Assembly (NCBI GenBank): GCA_029260965.1
Contig: JAJDCG010000001.1
Span: forward strand, 312,012 to 376,011
Reading direction: 5' to 3'
Length of the DNA: 64,000 nucleotides
Source of the DNA: Candidatus Levyibacteriota bacterium
Lineage (GTDB): Bacteria > Patescibacteriota > Microgenomatia > Levybacterales > UBA12049
Under the pieces are notes generated by a model. That model had not been told where the DNA came from. It did no database searches and worked only from the letters and a program-made list of their open reading frames with translations. Positions 27,069 to 37,817 of this stretch are shown one piece after another; the stretch's first letter is position 1; the number at the start of each line of letters is the position of its first letter. The translations under genes and the position numbers were made by a program.

Positions 27069-28748
27069 ATGCAAAACGGTTTTTTATCAAAAAGTATTGA
27101 TCTCTTGACGCGCAAACAAAGCACGATTCTGTCTGCGGCTTTTGTAATCATGGGAACTGTGGTCTTGTCACAAGTTTTGGGTCTTGTTAAGAAAAGACTT
27201 CTTATTTCAATTTTTGGTGCATCTGTAACAACGGGTGTTTATGATGTTGCATATAAGCTTCCTGATCTTTTGTTTCAGCTGGTTGTTGCTTCAGCTTTTT
27301 CTAGTGCTTTCATACCAGTGTTTTCTGATCTTCTGAGCAGCAACAAAGAACGTCTTGCTCACAAGATGGCATCAAATATTCTGAGTTGGGGGATGGCTAT
27401 TTTCTTTGCATTGTCAGTAGTGCTTGCCGTCTTTGCGCCATTTTTCCTGCAAATTCTAAATCCAGGCGGTGGGTTTAGTCCAGCAGATATGCAATTAATG
27501 GCAAACCTGATGAGGATTATTATCTTGGGACAGTTTCTTATCGTAATAGGTACATTTTTTACGGCAATGCTTCAATCATATAATCATTTCTTTGTCCCAG
27601 GTTTTGCTCTATCGCTTTACAATCTGGGAATAATACTTGGTCTCTTGATATTTTCGCCTTTTATTGGGATATATTCGGGAGCCGTAGGTACAGTGATGGG
27701 TGCAATTTTCTTTATACTTTTTCAGTTGCCACTTGTTAAGAAGATTGGTTTTAACTTCAAGCTAAATTTTGCGTTAGGCGATTCGGGTTTGAGAACAATA
27801 ACTCATCTGATGTGGCCAAGAACTCTTGCAAACGGGGTATTCCAAATGGGAGTTATTCTCATTGTTGCGCTCGTATCTTTTTTACCTGAGAGTGGAAGAA
27901 AATATATTATTTTTGATCTGGCGCAGACTATAGCATGGGCACCAGTTGCCTTGATCGGTAATGCGATTGCTCAGGCTGCTTTTCCAGTTTTAGCACGTGA
28001 GCGGGGACAGCTTGATAAGTTCAAGTTGACTTTTATGAATAGTTTCAACCAGATGCTCTATCTGATTTTGCCAATATCTGTTCTTATATTAGTTTTGCGC
28101 ATACCGATAGTGCGGCTTGTTTTCGGAGCTCCCAAGCTTGATTGGCCCGCAACCGTGTTAACTGGTAATACATTGGCATTTTTCTCTTTTTCTATTTTTG
28201 CTCAAGGCTTGATAGCGTTAACCTATAGAGCATTTTATGCTCTTCATGACACGAAGACTCCTCTTGTCACTGGTGCAATTTCCACTCTTTTGATGCTTGG
28301 AATTGGCTTTTTCTTGATAATCGGTTTACCTCAGAGCTTTGGTATAAACACTGATGTGTCAAGCATAGCAGTAGCATATTCAGGAGCATCTATTTTCCAG
28401 CTTGTTTGGTTATTCCTTCTTTTGAATAGGGCAACAGGTGGATTTCCTGTTGCTCATCTTTTTTCTTCATGGTGGAAATTTATTGCATCTTCAACCTTAA
28501 CTGCATTCGCGCTTTATATACCCATAAAGCTTCTTGATCAGTTAGTTTTTGATACCACACTTACTGTTAATCTTTTGATACTGACTGGTATTTCGTCGAT
28601 GGCAGGTTTGTCAATCTACTTGTTTCTCTCTTGGTTTTTTGACGTTAAAGAAGCAAAAATCTATATCCTTGCGATTCGAAAAATAGGGAACTGGAAAGAA
28701 GTTGCCTCCAAGATGGAGGAAGTAATAGGGCGTCGCGATAAAGAGTAA
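27069..28748 (+). CDS. murJ: Lipid II flippase MurJ/MviN
   Basis: LPDL, SAFIPVF, AAFP.L, RAFYALHDTKTP; ~14 TM. Confidence 0.94.
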   Translation: MQNGFLSKSIDLLTRKQSTILSAAFVIMGTVVLSQVLGLVKKRLLISIFGASVTTGVYDVAYKLPDLLFQLVVASAFSSAFIPVFSDLLSSNKERLAHKMASNILSWGMAIFFALSVVLAVFAPFFLQILNPGGGFSPADMQLMANLMRIIILGQFLIVIGTFFTAMLQSYNHFFVPGFALSLYNLGIILGLLIFSPFIGIYSGAVGTVMGAIFFILFQLPLVKKIGFNFKLNFALGDSGLRTITHLMWPRTLANGVFQMGVILIVALVSFLPESGRKYIIFDLAQTIAWAPVALIGNAIAQAAFPVLARERGQLDKFKLTFMNSFNQMLYLILPISVLILVLRIPIVRLVFGAPKLDWPATVLTGNTLAFFSFSIFAQGLIALTYRAFYALHDTKTPLVTGAISTLLMLGIGFFLIIGLPQSFGINTDVSSIAVAYSGASIFQLVWLFLLLNRATGGFPVAHLFSSWWKFIASSTLTAFALYIPIKLLDQLVFDTTLTVNLLILTGISSMAGLSIYLFLSWFFDVKEAKIYILAIRKIGNWKEVASKMEEVIGRRDKE

Positions 28749-28757
28749 GGGGAAAAG

Positions 28758-30733
<1,976 letters not shown>

Positions 30734-30755
30734 CTGCTTTATTTTTGCCTCCAGT

Positions 30756-30782
30756 TTATCACTCGGATAATCTGTATGCTAA
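30756..30782 (-). promoter_or_regulatory. Degenerate CIRCE element (HrcA operator)
   Basis: TTAGCATAC-N9-GAGTGATAA versus consensus TTAGCACTC-N9-GAGTGCTAA, between TTGACA promoter and groES SD. Confidence 0.85.
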
Positions 30783-30870
30783 TTTTTAACACAACAACCT
30801 GTTTTTTGTCAAGGCCTTGTTGTTTTATCTTCTGCTTGACAGGCGCATTTTTCTTCTATACGATAAAATT

Positions 30871-32028
30871 ATGCATGGAAAAATAAACGGTAAGAAAGCC
30901 TTACTGATAGGTTTTATCGTGGTTTTATTAATTGGTATACCCCTTACCATATATCTATTGCAGCAGCAGCAGGATGCTCGTTCCCGCGCCCAGAAGTCCA
31001 CAAATATTAATTTCTCACCTGACTCCTCAGCCTCAAATCCTATCCAAGCAAGTGTGGGTGATGAGATCGCTCTTGATATTGTTGTTAATCCAGGTTCCAA
31101 TCTTGTTTCTTTTGTGAGACTGGAGGTTCAATACGATTCCGAGAAGCTTGCAACTGCTTCAGCGCAAGCTTTTCAGCCAGATACAACGATATTCACCGTC
31201 CAAGATGGACCGATATACTCACCGGGAAAGATAGAGGTTTCTCTTTCAGCAGGTCCTGATCCCACAAAGGCAATCCAGACAGCTACAAAAATAGCTACTG
31301 TTAACTTTAGGGCCATAGCGAATACACCAGATGGTGCACCTACTCTTGTGTCATATGGTGTGACAACTCAGGTGCTTTCAATTGGGTCAAGCGACGAGGC
31401 ATCAGAAGATGTTCTTTCGTCAACAAGTCCTGCTGCAATTGTGATAGGTGGTCCTGGTCCAACTGATCCATTGCCTACTACAGAACCAACACCTACAGTT
31501 GAACCGACACCTGAGCCGACTACCGAGCCAACTCCGACACCTGAGCCGACTGGTCCAGGCGTAACTAACGAATCACCTGTATGTAGTCAGTTAGCTGTTG
31601 ATCGCGATCCAAATGGGGCTGCTCCTTTGGCGATTACATTTACAGCGATTGGCTCAGACACAGACGGTACTGTGTCAAGTGTTACGTTTAACTTTGGTGA
31701 TGGTCAGGTGAGTGATGTGACAACAGGTGGTGGTGTAGGAACGGCATCAGTTAGTGCGCAGCTTTCACATACATATAATAGCGCTGGTACATTTCAGGCA
31801 ACAGCTGTTATGACAGATAACAACGGTGGTGTATCAGGATCAGGCTCTTGCACACAGACGGTCAGTGTTACAGGTGGCGGAGGAGCAAACCCCACAACAG
31901 TAGTTGTTAATCCAACTGGAGTACCTGTTGAATTGCCTCCAACCGGTGCGACAGAGAATGCTATAGCACTGGGTGCAATACTTATGACTTTCATTATCGG
32001 TGGAGCATTTATTTTCTTCCTTCTCTAG
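30871..32028 (+). CDS. Surface protein: N-terminal TM, cohesin-like domain, PT/EP linker, PKD domain, LPPTG + C-terminal TM
   Basis: VQYDSEKL/IATVNFRA cohesin-like; FNFGDG...SHTYNSAGTF PKD; LPPTG; ATG 6 nt after TTGACA-17-TACGAT. Confidence 0.8.
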   Translation: MHGKINGKKALLIGFIVVLLIGIPLTIYLLQQQQDARSRAQKSTNINFSPDSSASNPIQASVGDEIALDIVVNPGSNLVSFVRLEVQYDSEKLATASAQAFQPDTTIFTVQDGPIYSPGKIEVSLSAGPDPTKAIQTATKIATVNFRAIANTPDGAPTLVSYGVTTQVLSIGSSDEASEDVLSSTSPAAIVIGGPGPTDPLPTTEPTPTVEPTPEPTTEPTPTPEPTGPGVTNESPVCSQLAVDRDPNGAAPLAITFTAIGSDTDGTVSSVTFNFGDGQVSDVTTGGGVGTASVSAQLSHTYNSAGTFQATAVMTDNNGGVSGSGSCTQTVSVTGGGGANPTTVVVNPTGVPVELPPTGATENAIALGAILMTFIIGGAFIFFLL

Positions 32029-32126
32029 GTCTTTTATCCTTCTGGTTAAAATGCGGGAATATACTGAAGTTATTTGAATTTGTGATTTTGCAAAAATTTT
32101 CTGGGTTTTCGAAGCTCTTAGTAAAC

Positions 32127-33857
32127 TTATTTCCCGTCACTGATCATGGAGAAGAGAGCGCTTTGAGATAATTGGACCTTTCCTGTTGTTACCATTTTCT
32201 TTTTGCCCTTTTTTTGTTTATCAAGAAGCTTGTTTTTGCGGGTTACGTCTCCACCATAGAGCTTGGCAGTTACGTCTTTTCTGTATGGAGATATTTCCTC
32301 TCTAGCAACAATATTCCCATTTATTACAGCTTGAATTATTTGTTTGAATTGTTGCCGATCTAGTGATTTTTTTAATTTTTCAGCCTTGGATCGCGCTACA
32401 TAAATACCTTCGTCTTTATAAACCAGTTCTGATAGGACGTCGATTGGGGTTCCATTTATTTGGATCTCAAGTTTGACCATGTTAGCTTTTTTATAGTCAG
32501 TTAGTGTGTAATCAATGCTGCCGTATCCTGCTGTAGCTGATTTGACCTCTGCAGAGAGACCACGAATAAACATAGAATAAGGCATTTCATATGAGAGCAC
32601 AGCATATGCCTCGTGATATTTGATATCGATAAGATGTCCCTTCTTGCCCTGTGCAACAGTCATTATTGACCCTACATGTTCTGCTGGTGTGAAGATCTCA
32701 ATAAACATATACGGTTCATAAATATCCTCTCCCCTGTATTCATAGAGCACCTGTGGCATGGTTAGGAGGAGGTCAAGTTCGTATTCCTTCTCAAGCCTTT
32801 CCTTGACAATGTCAGCATGCAGTAGCCCTAGGAATCCGACGCGAAATCCAGATCCGAGATAGGCAGAGTATTCCTCAGAATAGGTAAGTGAGGTGTCGTT
32901 GAGAGTGAGTTTGCCCAGTGCTTCGCGTAAGTCTACAAATTTATCGGAGTCTTTGGGATAGAGTCCAAAAAAGACCATGGATTGAGGAAGTTGATAGCCG
33001 GATAGAGGTTCTGTTTTTACGTTGGCGTGAACTATCGTGTCACCCACTCTGGCCTGTCGGATATCCTTGATAGATCCGACTATGTATCCAATCTCTCCTG
33101 TTGAAAGCTTTTCACTGCTTTTGAGAAAAGGGGTAAAGATGCCTACTTCGGTTGCATCTGCTTTGGCTTTATTTTGGAAAAACTCAATTTTTTCTCCTTT
33201 TTTTATTTCTCCGTCTACAACTCGCACATACGCAATTACACCACGATATTCATCATATACTGCATCAAAAATAAGCGCACGTAGTGGCGCATCGGGTTTT
33301 CCCTGTGGGGGAGGTATTTTTTCAACTATTTTTTCAAGAAGTTTTTCTACGTTTTCGCCTGTTTTTGCAGAAATGCTGAGTATTTCCGACTCTTCAAATC
33401 CTAGATCAACAAGCTCTTTTTTGATGAGTTTTGTTTCTGCATTGGGCATGTCAATCTTATTGAGTACAGGTATCATGGTGAGTCCGAGTTTTTTAGCAAC
33501 TTGAAAATGCGCGACAGTTTGAGCTTGTATGCCTTGTGTTGCATCAACCAGTAGCACTGCTCCTTCGCAAGCTGCTAGAGTGCGAGATACTTCATAAGAA
33601 AAATCAACATGACCTGGGGTATCTATCAGGTTTAGGATATAGGTTGTGGGATGTAGGGTGTAGTGCATCCGAACTGGTGCGAGTTTGATGGTTATTCCTC
33701 GTTGACGGCTAATGACATTTTGATCCAGAAATTGCTCTTGCAATTTATCCTTGGCAATTGTATGGGTTATCTCCAGTAGTCTGTCTGACAAGGTTGATTT
33801 TCCATGATCAACGTGTGCAATAATAGCAAAATTCCTTATAAGATCCTGATCTTTCAT
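32127..33857 (-). CDS. lepA: Elongation factor 4
   Basis: IAHVDHGKSTL, DTPGHVDFSYEVSR, GFLGLLH, RKDVTAKLYGGDVTRK. Confidence 0.98.
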   Translation of the reverse strand: MKDQDLIRNFAIIAHVDHGKSTLSDRLLEITHTIAKDKLQEQFLDQNVISRQRGITIKLAPVRMHYTLHPTTYILNLIDTPGHVDFSYEVSRTLAACEGAVLLVDATQGIQAQTVAHFQVAKKLGLTMIPVLNKIDMPNAETKLIKKELVDLGFEESEILSISAKTGENVEKLLEKIVEKIPPPQGKPDAPLRALIFDAVYDEYRGVIAYVRVVDGEIKKGEKIEFFQNKAKADATEVGIFTPFLKSSEKLSTGEIGYIVGSIKDIRQARVGDTIVHANVKTEPLSGYQLPQSMVFFGLYPKDSDKFVDLREALGKLTLNDTSLTYSEEYSAYLGSGFRVGFLGLLHADIVKERLEKEYELDLLLTMPQVLYEYRGEDIYEPYMFIEIFTPAEHVGSIMTVAQGKKGHLIDIKYHEAYAVLSYEMPYSMFIRGLSAEVKSATAGYGSIDYTLTDYKKANMVKLEIQINGTPIDVLSELVYKDEGIYVARSKAEKLKKSLDRQQFKQIIQAVINGNIVAREEISPYRKDVTAKLYGGDVTRKNKLLDKQKKGKKKMVTTGKVQLSQSALFSMISDGK

Positions 33858-33907
33858 TGCATCATTTTAGCTTATTGATAAGTGTTTAGCAAAACCTCCA
33901 ATTGTAA

Positions 33908-33937
33908 TTGACTTTTATCGTTCCCGTTTGCTACCAT
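33908..33937 (+). promoter_or_regulatory. Sigma70-type promoter of structured accessory transcript
   Basis: TTGACT-18-TACCAT with TG extension. Confidence 0.6.
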
Positions 33938-33996
33938 GAACCTCAAGAACCCGCTTTTGTGTGGTTTGGGTTGTGCTTACAGTAATTAGTACAGCT

Positions 33997-34008
33997 TGCA
34001 CTTTAACA
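33997..34008 (+). promoter_or_regulatory. boxA-like antitermination motif
   Basis: TGCACTTTAACA versus rrn boxA TGCTCTTTAACA (11/12), ~55 nt after predicted TSS. Confidence 0.5.
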
Positions 34009-34129
34009 AGGCATACAAGAAATTTTGGAAGAAATTATTTGTATTCTTTCAATCCGGTACAGCAGGTACGAGTGGGCAATTTGCTTGTCCTTTGGTATCT
34101 GTTGTATTGGAAAAGAAAGGAGAACTGAA

Positions 34130-34423
34130 ATGCACGAAGATAACAAGATGGAACTCTCAGAAAAGATTGCGATCCTTTGCGTTGTGCTCCTAATTATTGC
34201 AGCTTATGCATACTCCTATGCTCCCTGGCTGAGCTGGATAGCGTTGGTGCTAGTAACTGTCACGGCTATTGTGACTGGCTTACTCCTCGTAAATGACGAG
34301 CTTGGGCAGTGGCTCATGGGACTCAAACCCCAGGACTATCCTCAGTGTCCCGACTGCAAATATCGTAATTCAAAAGATGAGATGTTCTGCAATAGATGTT
34401 ACAGATCGTTTTTAAACTGGTAG
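34130..34423 (+). CDS. Small 2-TM protein with C-terminal zinc ribbon
   Basis: AAGGAG SD before ATG 34130; CPDC...CNRC. Confidence 0.7.
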   Translation: MHEDNKMELSEKIAILCVVLLIIAAYAYSYAPWLSWIALVLVTVTAIVTGLLLVNDELGQWLMGLKPQDYPQCPDCKYRNSKDEMFCNRCYRSFLNW

Positions 34424-34447
34424 GCCATCAACCAGGAGGACATGGGA

Positions 34448-34567
34448 ATGAGAAAACAACTTAAGGATCTGTCTTCGAGCGAGATTGTGCTCCTAGGGTT
34501 TCTTGCTTGTTGCGTTGTAGTAGCGGCTGCCATGGCGCTTTCAAGCATCATCGCTTCGTTCCGCTAA
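34448..34567 (+). CDS. 39-aa single-TM peptide MRKQLKDLSSSEIVLLGFLACCVVVAAAMALSSIIASFR
   Basis: AGGAGGA SD 7 nt upstream; hydrophobic core; below ORF-track cutoff. Confidence 0.6.
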   Translation: MRKQLKDLSSSEIVLLGFLACCVVVAAAMALSSIIASFR

Positions 34568-34583
34568 GCAAAACACCAGAGTG

Positions 34584-34637
34584 GGAGTTGGGTGATAACA
34601 CTCAAAAGCGAAAGCTTTCCGCAATCCGGCGGGCTCC
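34584..34637 (+). ncRNA. Putative four-way-junction RNA structure
   Basis: GGAGTT/GGCTCC closing stem enclosing GGGTG-ATAA-CACTC, AAAGC-GAAA-GCTTT and CCG-CAATC-CGG hairpins. Confidence 0.4.
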
Positions 34638-34703
34638 GTTGGGGACCAATAATAATTTCTCCTAGAAAGGACAGATTATCGTATACGATTTTTGGGTTTA
34701 CCG

Positions 34704-34868
34704 AAATGAGGTAGGCATACAAGATGTTGACGATAACTCGTCTTAAGATTTGGATATACCTGGAAAGAAAAGACTTCAGCAATTACGCGCTGAATTTTCT
34801 CTTCTTGGCTTTATGCCTTCTTCCGGAGTTTTCCGAATCTCATCTTGTATGCCTATTTCATTTTTTTA
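34704..34868 (+). repeat. 23-bp inverted repeat enclosing nested hairpin, ending in T-run (large terminator-like stem)
   Basis: 34704-34726 AAATGAGGTAGGCATACAAGATG pairs with 34841-34863; both differences are G-U compatible. Confidence 0.75.
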
Positions 34869-34899
34869 TCAATCTGGTTTGGTAAGATGGGTGAAGTAG

Positions 34900-35517
34900 T
34901 TATTTACCTCTAGGGATAGGAGGTTTGGGTGGATTTTTCATTGCACCCAAAACTTCTGCTACAAGTTTTGTGGTTTCAGTTCTGCCTTTGGGGGATGTAC
35001 CGATGTTAGATCCATTTAAACCACCAGCTGATCTTGCACGATAGCTTATAAATCCTTGCTTGCCCTCTTCATCGGTAATAACATGTGCCGTAGCAAAATT
35101 ATGTGTTTTCTCCACCTTCCTTATTACACCCTCATCCTCAAATAGTATTTCTTCTGTTCCACCTCTTTTTGATACAGATGCTGTTTTTCTATCTCTCCGA
35201 CCCGTTTCTAGATTTTGGAAGCTGCCCATAGTAGCTTCATATGTTAGTTCATCCCTTCTTAGCGTAAGGCTTGTAACCGCATGATTATTTGTTTTGTCCC
35301 ATTTAAGTTTTGCATCTCGGGTAGGAGGGTTGGACATACCTTCTGATACTAATTCTATGATTTCCTCGGCAGCTTGTAGAGCTTCATCCTCTGGGAGTTG
35401 GTCATGACCTAGCGACTCAAGTTCTGGAATAACTCCATCGCTATATTTTTCTCCTGCTTTTCTAATTGCTTGAATTAGGTTTTCTGCACCCGTAAGCGCG
35501 TGTTCCACACTTGTCAT
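34900..35517 (-). CDS. Hypothetical protein
   Basis: 205-aa ORF; TTGCGT-17-TATAAA promoter 6 nt before ATG. Confidence 0.8.
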   Translation of the reverse strand: MTSVEHALTGAENLIQAIRKAGEKYSDGVIPELESLGHDQLPEDEALQAAEEIIELVSEGMSNPPTRDAKLKWDKTNNHAVTSLTLRRDELTYEATMGSFQNLETGRRDRKTASVSKRGGTEEILFEDEGVIRKVEKTHNFATAHVITDEEGKQGFISYRARSAGGLNGSNIGTSPKGRTETTKLVAEVLGAMKNPPKPPIPRGK

Positions 35518-35575
35518 AATTGGTTTATATCACAGTCCAAACGTTTACGCAATAAGAAATTTCAAACTATATTTC

Positions 35576-36505
35576 TCAAGATTTATCTGAAAAATCATCT
35601 GGATTTAGTTGCGTAAAATCAATTTTGATCTGTGATTCGCTAAACAATACATCAGGTGGTATTCTTCTAATTTCCATTGGTGGTTCTTCATCCATTTCTT
35701 TTAGGGTTGCAATTTCCTCAGCAATTTTTCTTTCATGGTATTGAATTGTTTCTGGTCCTAGCTCTAAGATTACAGCTGAGACTACAGTGCTAGCAATATC
35801 AAGCATTTTGTCGCCAACATCTTTTTTGGATAATTTTAAATCCTCTAGAGCAGTTTCTACAAAAATATCAGGCCCAAAATATCTTTTATATCTTTTTTCA
35901 TAGTGACTTTGTTCAAGTCTTTTATCATCTCCAAAATTATCCCACGACACTATCATCTCAGTCATACCTGCAACTGCAAGAGCCAGATGTGATAGTTCAT
36001 AGCTTAATTTGTATCCTTTATGGGGATGATAAGGATTGGGATTTTGGAATGTGTCAAAAATATCTGCTTTTACTTCTTGAGTAAATAGGGAATCAGGACT
36101 CTCTACTATTTCCATGCTTCTACGCAAACTGTCTGCTAAATCAAGCGACCAGGAGAGTCCTCCAATGGTTACTGTTTCGACTTGATAGTGATTTCCATAT
36201 TTTTTTCTTAATCTAGCATCTTTCTCTTCTTGCAATCTCTGCTCCATTGCGTCTATTGCTTTTTCTTCAATATCGCGAACAGCCTGTGGTCTGTGAGTGG
36301 CAATAGCTAACTGCGTAGAGTATTTAACTAATTTTAATGCTTCAGGTTTTTCTTTTGTGGGATCAATTCCAGCTAGTGTAAAAGCGCGGTCAATAAATCT
36401 CTGAGGAGGAACATGTTCAAAAACACATTCAGTTTCGCTATAAAACCATTGTCTCTCTGGTTCTTTAAGGCCATCTTGATTTCGTTTGGGTACTTCTTTG
36501 CTCAT
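35576..36505 (-). CDS. Hypothetical acidic helical protein
   Basis: 309-aa ORF; TGcTATAAT upstream; no recognised motif. Confidence 0.8.
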   Translation of the reverse strand: MSKEVPKRNQDGLKEPERQWFYSETECVFEHVPPQRFIDRAFTLAGIDPTKEKPEALKLVKYSTQLAIATHRPQAVRDIEEKAIDAMEQRLQEEKDARLRKKYGNHYQVETVTIGGLSWSLDLADSLRRSMEIVESPDSLFTQEVKADIFDTFQNPNPYHPHKGYKLSYELSHLALAVAGMTEMIVSWDNFGDDKRLEQSHYEKRYKRYFGPDIFVETALEDLKLSKKDVGDKMLDIASTVVSAVILELGPETIQYHERKIAEEIATLKEMDEEPPMEIRRIPPDVLFSESQIKIDFTQLNPDDFSDKS

Positions 36506-36548
36506 ATGGTGGGAATTATAGCAGAACTAGGTCCATAGTTGTAGACTA

Positions 36549-36989
36549 TCAGCTTAACTCTATTTTTCTCTTATCATCTTCTAGATATTCAAAATGTATG
36601 TCAATTTTGTGCTTTGGTAAAATTTTATCAATTTTTTCAGGCCATTCAATGGCAATGATAGATTCTGGATCCTTGATGATTTCCTCTAAACCAAGACCCT
36701 GGATGTCTTTTTCAGATTCTATACGGTAGAGATCGATATGATAAAAGTGCTTGGTGCGTAGCGCGTTAGTGATAGTGGGAAGATTATATTTGCGGACTAT
36801 TATGAACGTGGGGGAAATCATGTGCTGCTTGATACCTAAACCCCGCGCCAGCCCTTGTACAAATGTTGTTTTGCCAGATCCGAGATTTCCCTCCAGGGTA
36901 ATTACGTCTCCTCCCTTGAGAGTATGGGCAATTTTTTCGCCGATTTTTTGTGTCTCTGTAAAGCTGTTTGAAAAGAAAGTTTTTGTCAT
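36549..36989 (-). CDS. tsaE: tRNA t6A biosynthesis ATPase
   Basis: GNLGSGKTTF, SPTFII, HIDLYR, IEWPE. Confidence 0.96.
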   Translation of the reverse strand: MTKTFFSNSFTETQKIGEKIAHTLKGGDVITLEGNLGSGKTTFVQGLARGLGIKQHMISPTFIIVRKYNLPTITNALRTKHFYHIDLYRIESEKDIQGLGLEEIIKDPESIIAIEWPEKIDKILPKHKIDIHFEYLEDDKRKIELS

Positions 36990-37002
36990 ATTGATTAAGT
37001 AA

Positions 37003-37800
37003 TTATGTATTATTTTTGATTTGACGGAAAGCTATTATAGCAGCAGATATGAAAAAAAGTGAGCCTATTATTGTGATGATAGTTGGTAGTAATTTTTTTT
37101 GACTAGTTGACTCAATTAACACTTTTTTTTCTTCATCCTGTTTTTGATCATACTCTTTTTTTGATTTTTCAAGTCTGGAGGTAGGGATGGCACTTATGTT
37201 AGCGCTTTTACTACTTGATTTTGTGGATGCTGATTTTACAGACCCAGTTGGAGTGTTGGGGGGTTCTGTAGGGGTGGGAGTTTTGGTGGGCGTGGGTGTT
37301 GGTTTTTCAGTTGGGGCTGGGCTGGGGGTAGGGGTGGGTGCGGGAGTAGCGGTTGCATTTGATGACTCCTTTGAAGGACTGGAAAAGATGATCCATGGCA
37401 TGCTTCCGTCGGATTTTCTCCCAGCAGATTGTCCATCGTTTGGTGCAGCGACATCTGTACCTTTGTCTCCGTATCCGACCAGGTCGAGAATATTATTTTC
37501 ATCAGCTATCAAAATAAGTTTGATAATATCTCCTGTTTTATTGAGTTTGGAATTCCATGAAAAAACCTTGAAGTTTCCTGCATTGATTGAACCTTCAAGA
37601 TCAAGTTTATTGCTCGTTGAATCATCTCGCAGACGGTATTTACCAAGATCAACTGAATTCGGGCCACTATTATATATCTCTATCCAGTCGTCTTCTGTTG
37701 AGGAATCAGATGAGAATTCATTAATAAAAATTGCAGCAAAAGCAGAGGTAGAACTGGAAAGAAAAAATAATAAAGCAAATAGGGCAGTTAATGCCTTCAT
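37003..37800 (-). CDS. Lamin-tail-domain surface protein with PT linker and C-terminal TM
   Basis: Signal peptide, IFINEF, DWIEIYN, VDL..Y.L.D, LNKTGD. Confidence 0.85.
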   Translation of the reverse strand: MKALTALFALLFFLSSSTSAFAAIFINEFSSDSSTEDDWIEIYNSGPNSVDLGKYRLRDDSTSNKLDLEGSINAGNFKVFSWNSKLNKTGDIIKLILIADENNILDLVGYGDKGTDVAAPNDGQSAGRKSDGSMPWIIFSSPSKESSNATATPAPTPTPSPAPTEKPTPTPTKTPTPTEPPNTPTGSVKSASTKSSSKSANISAIPTSRLEKSKKEYDQKQDEEKKVLIESTSQKKLLPTIITIIGSLFFISAAIIAFRQIKNNT

Positions 37801-37817
37801 GAATATATTAAAGCATA

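Noticed and set aside
31470-31560. Tandem repeats as CRISPR or VNTR
   Set aside because: Coding PTPEPT linker; no spacers or cas genes
34584-34637. tRNA
   Set aside because: Only 54 nt; no TTC T-loop, 7-nt anticodon loop or CCA
34564-34782. 72-aa minus-strand ORF as antitoxin protein
   Set aside because: TTG start with no evident SD; overlaps structured plus-strand RNA; no support
33908-34870. Retron or DGR interpretation of the inverted repeats
   Set aside because: No reverse transcriptase in the window and no TR/VR pair
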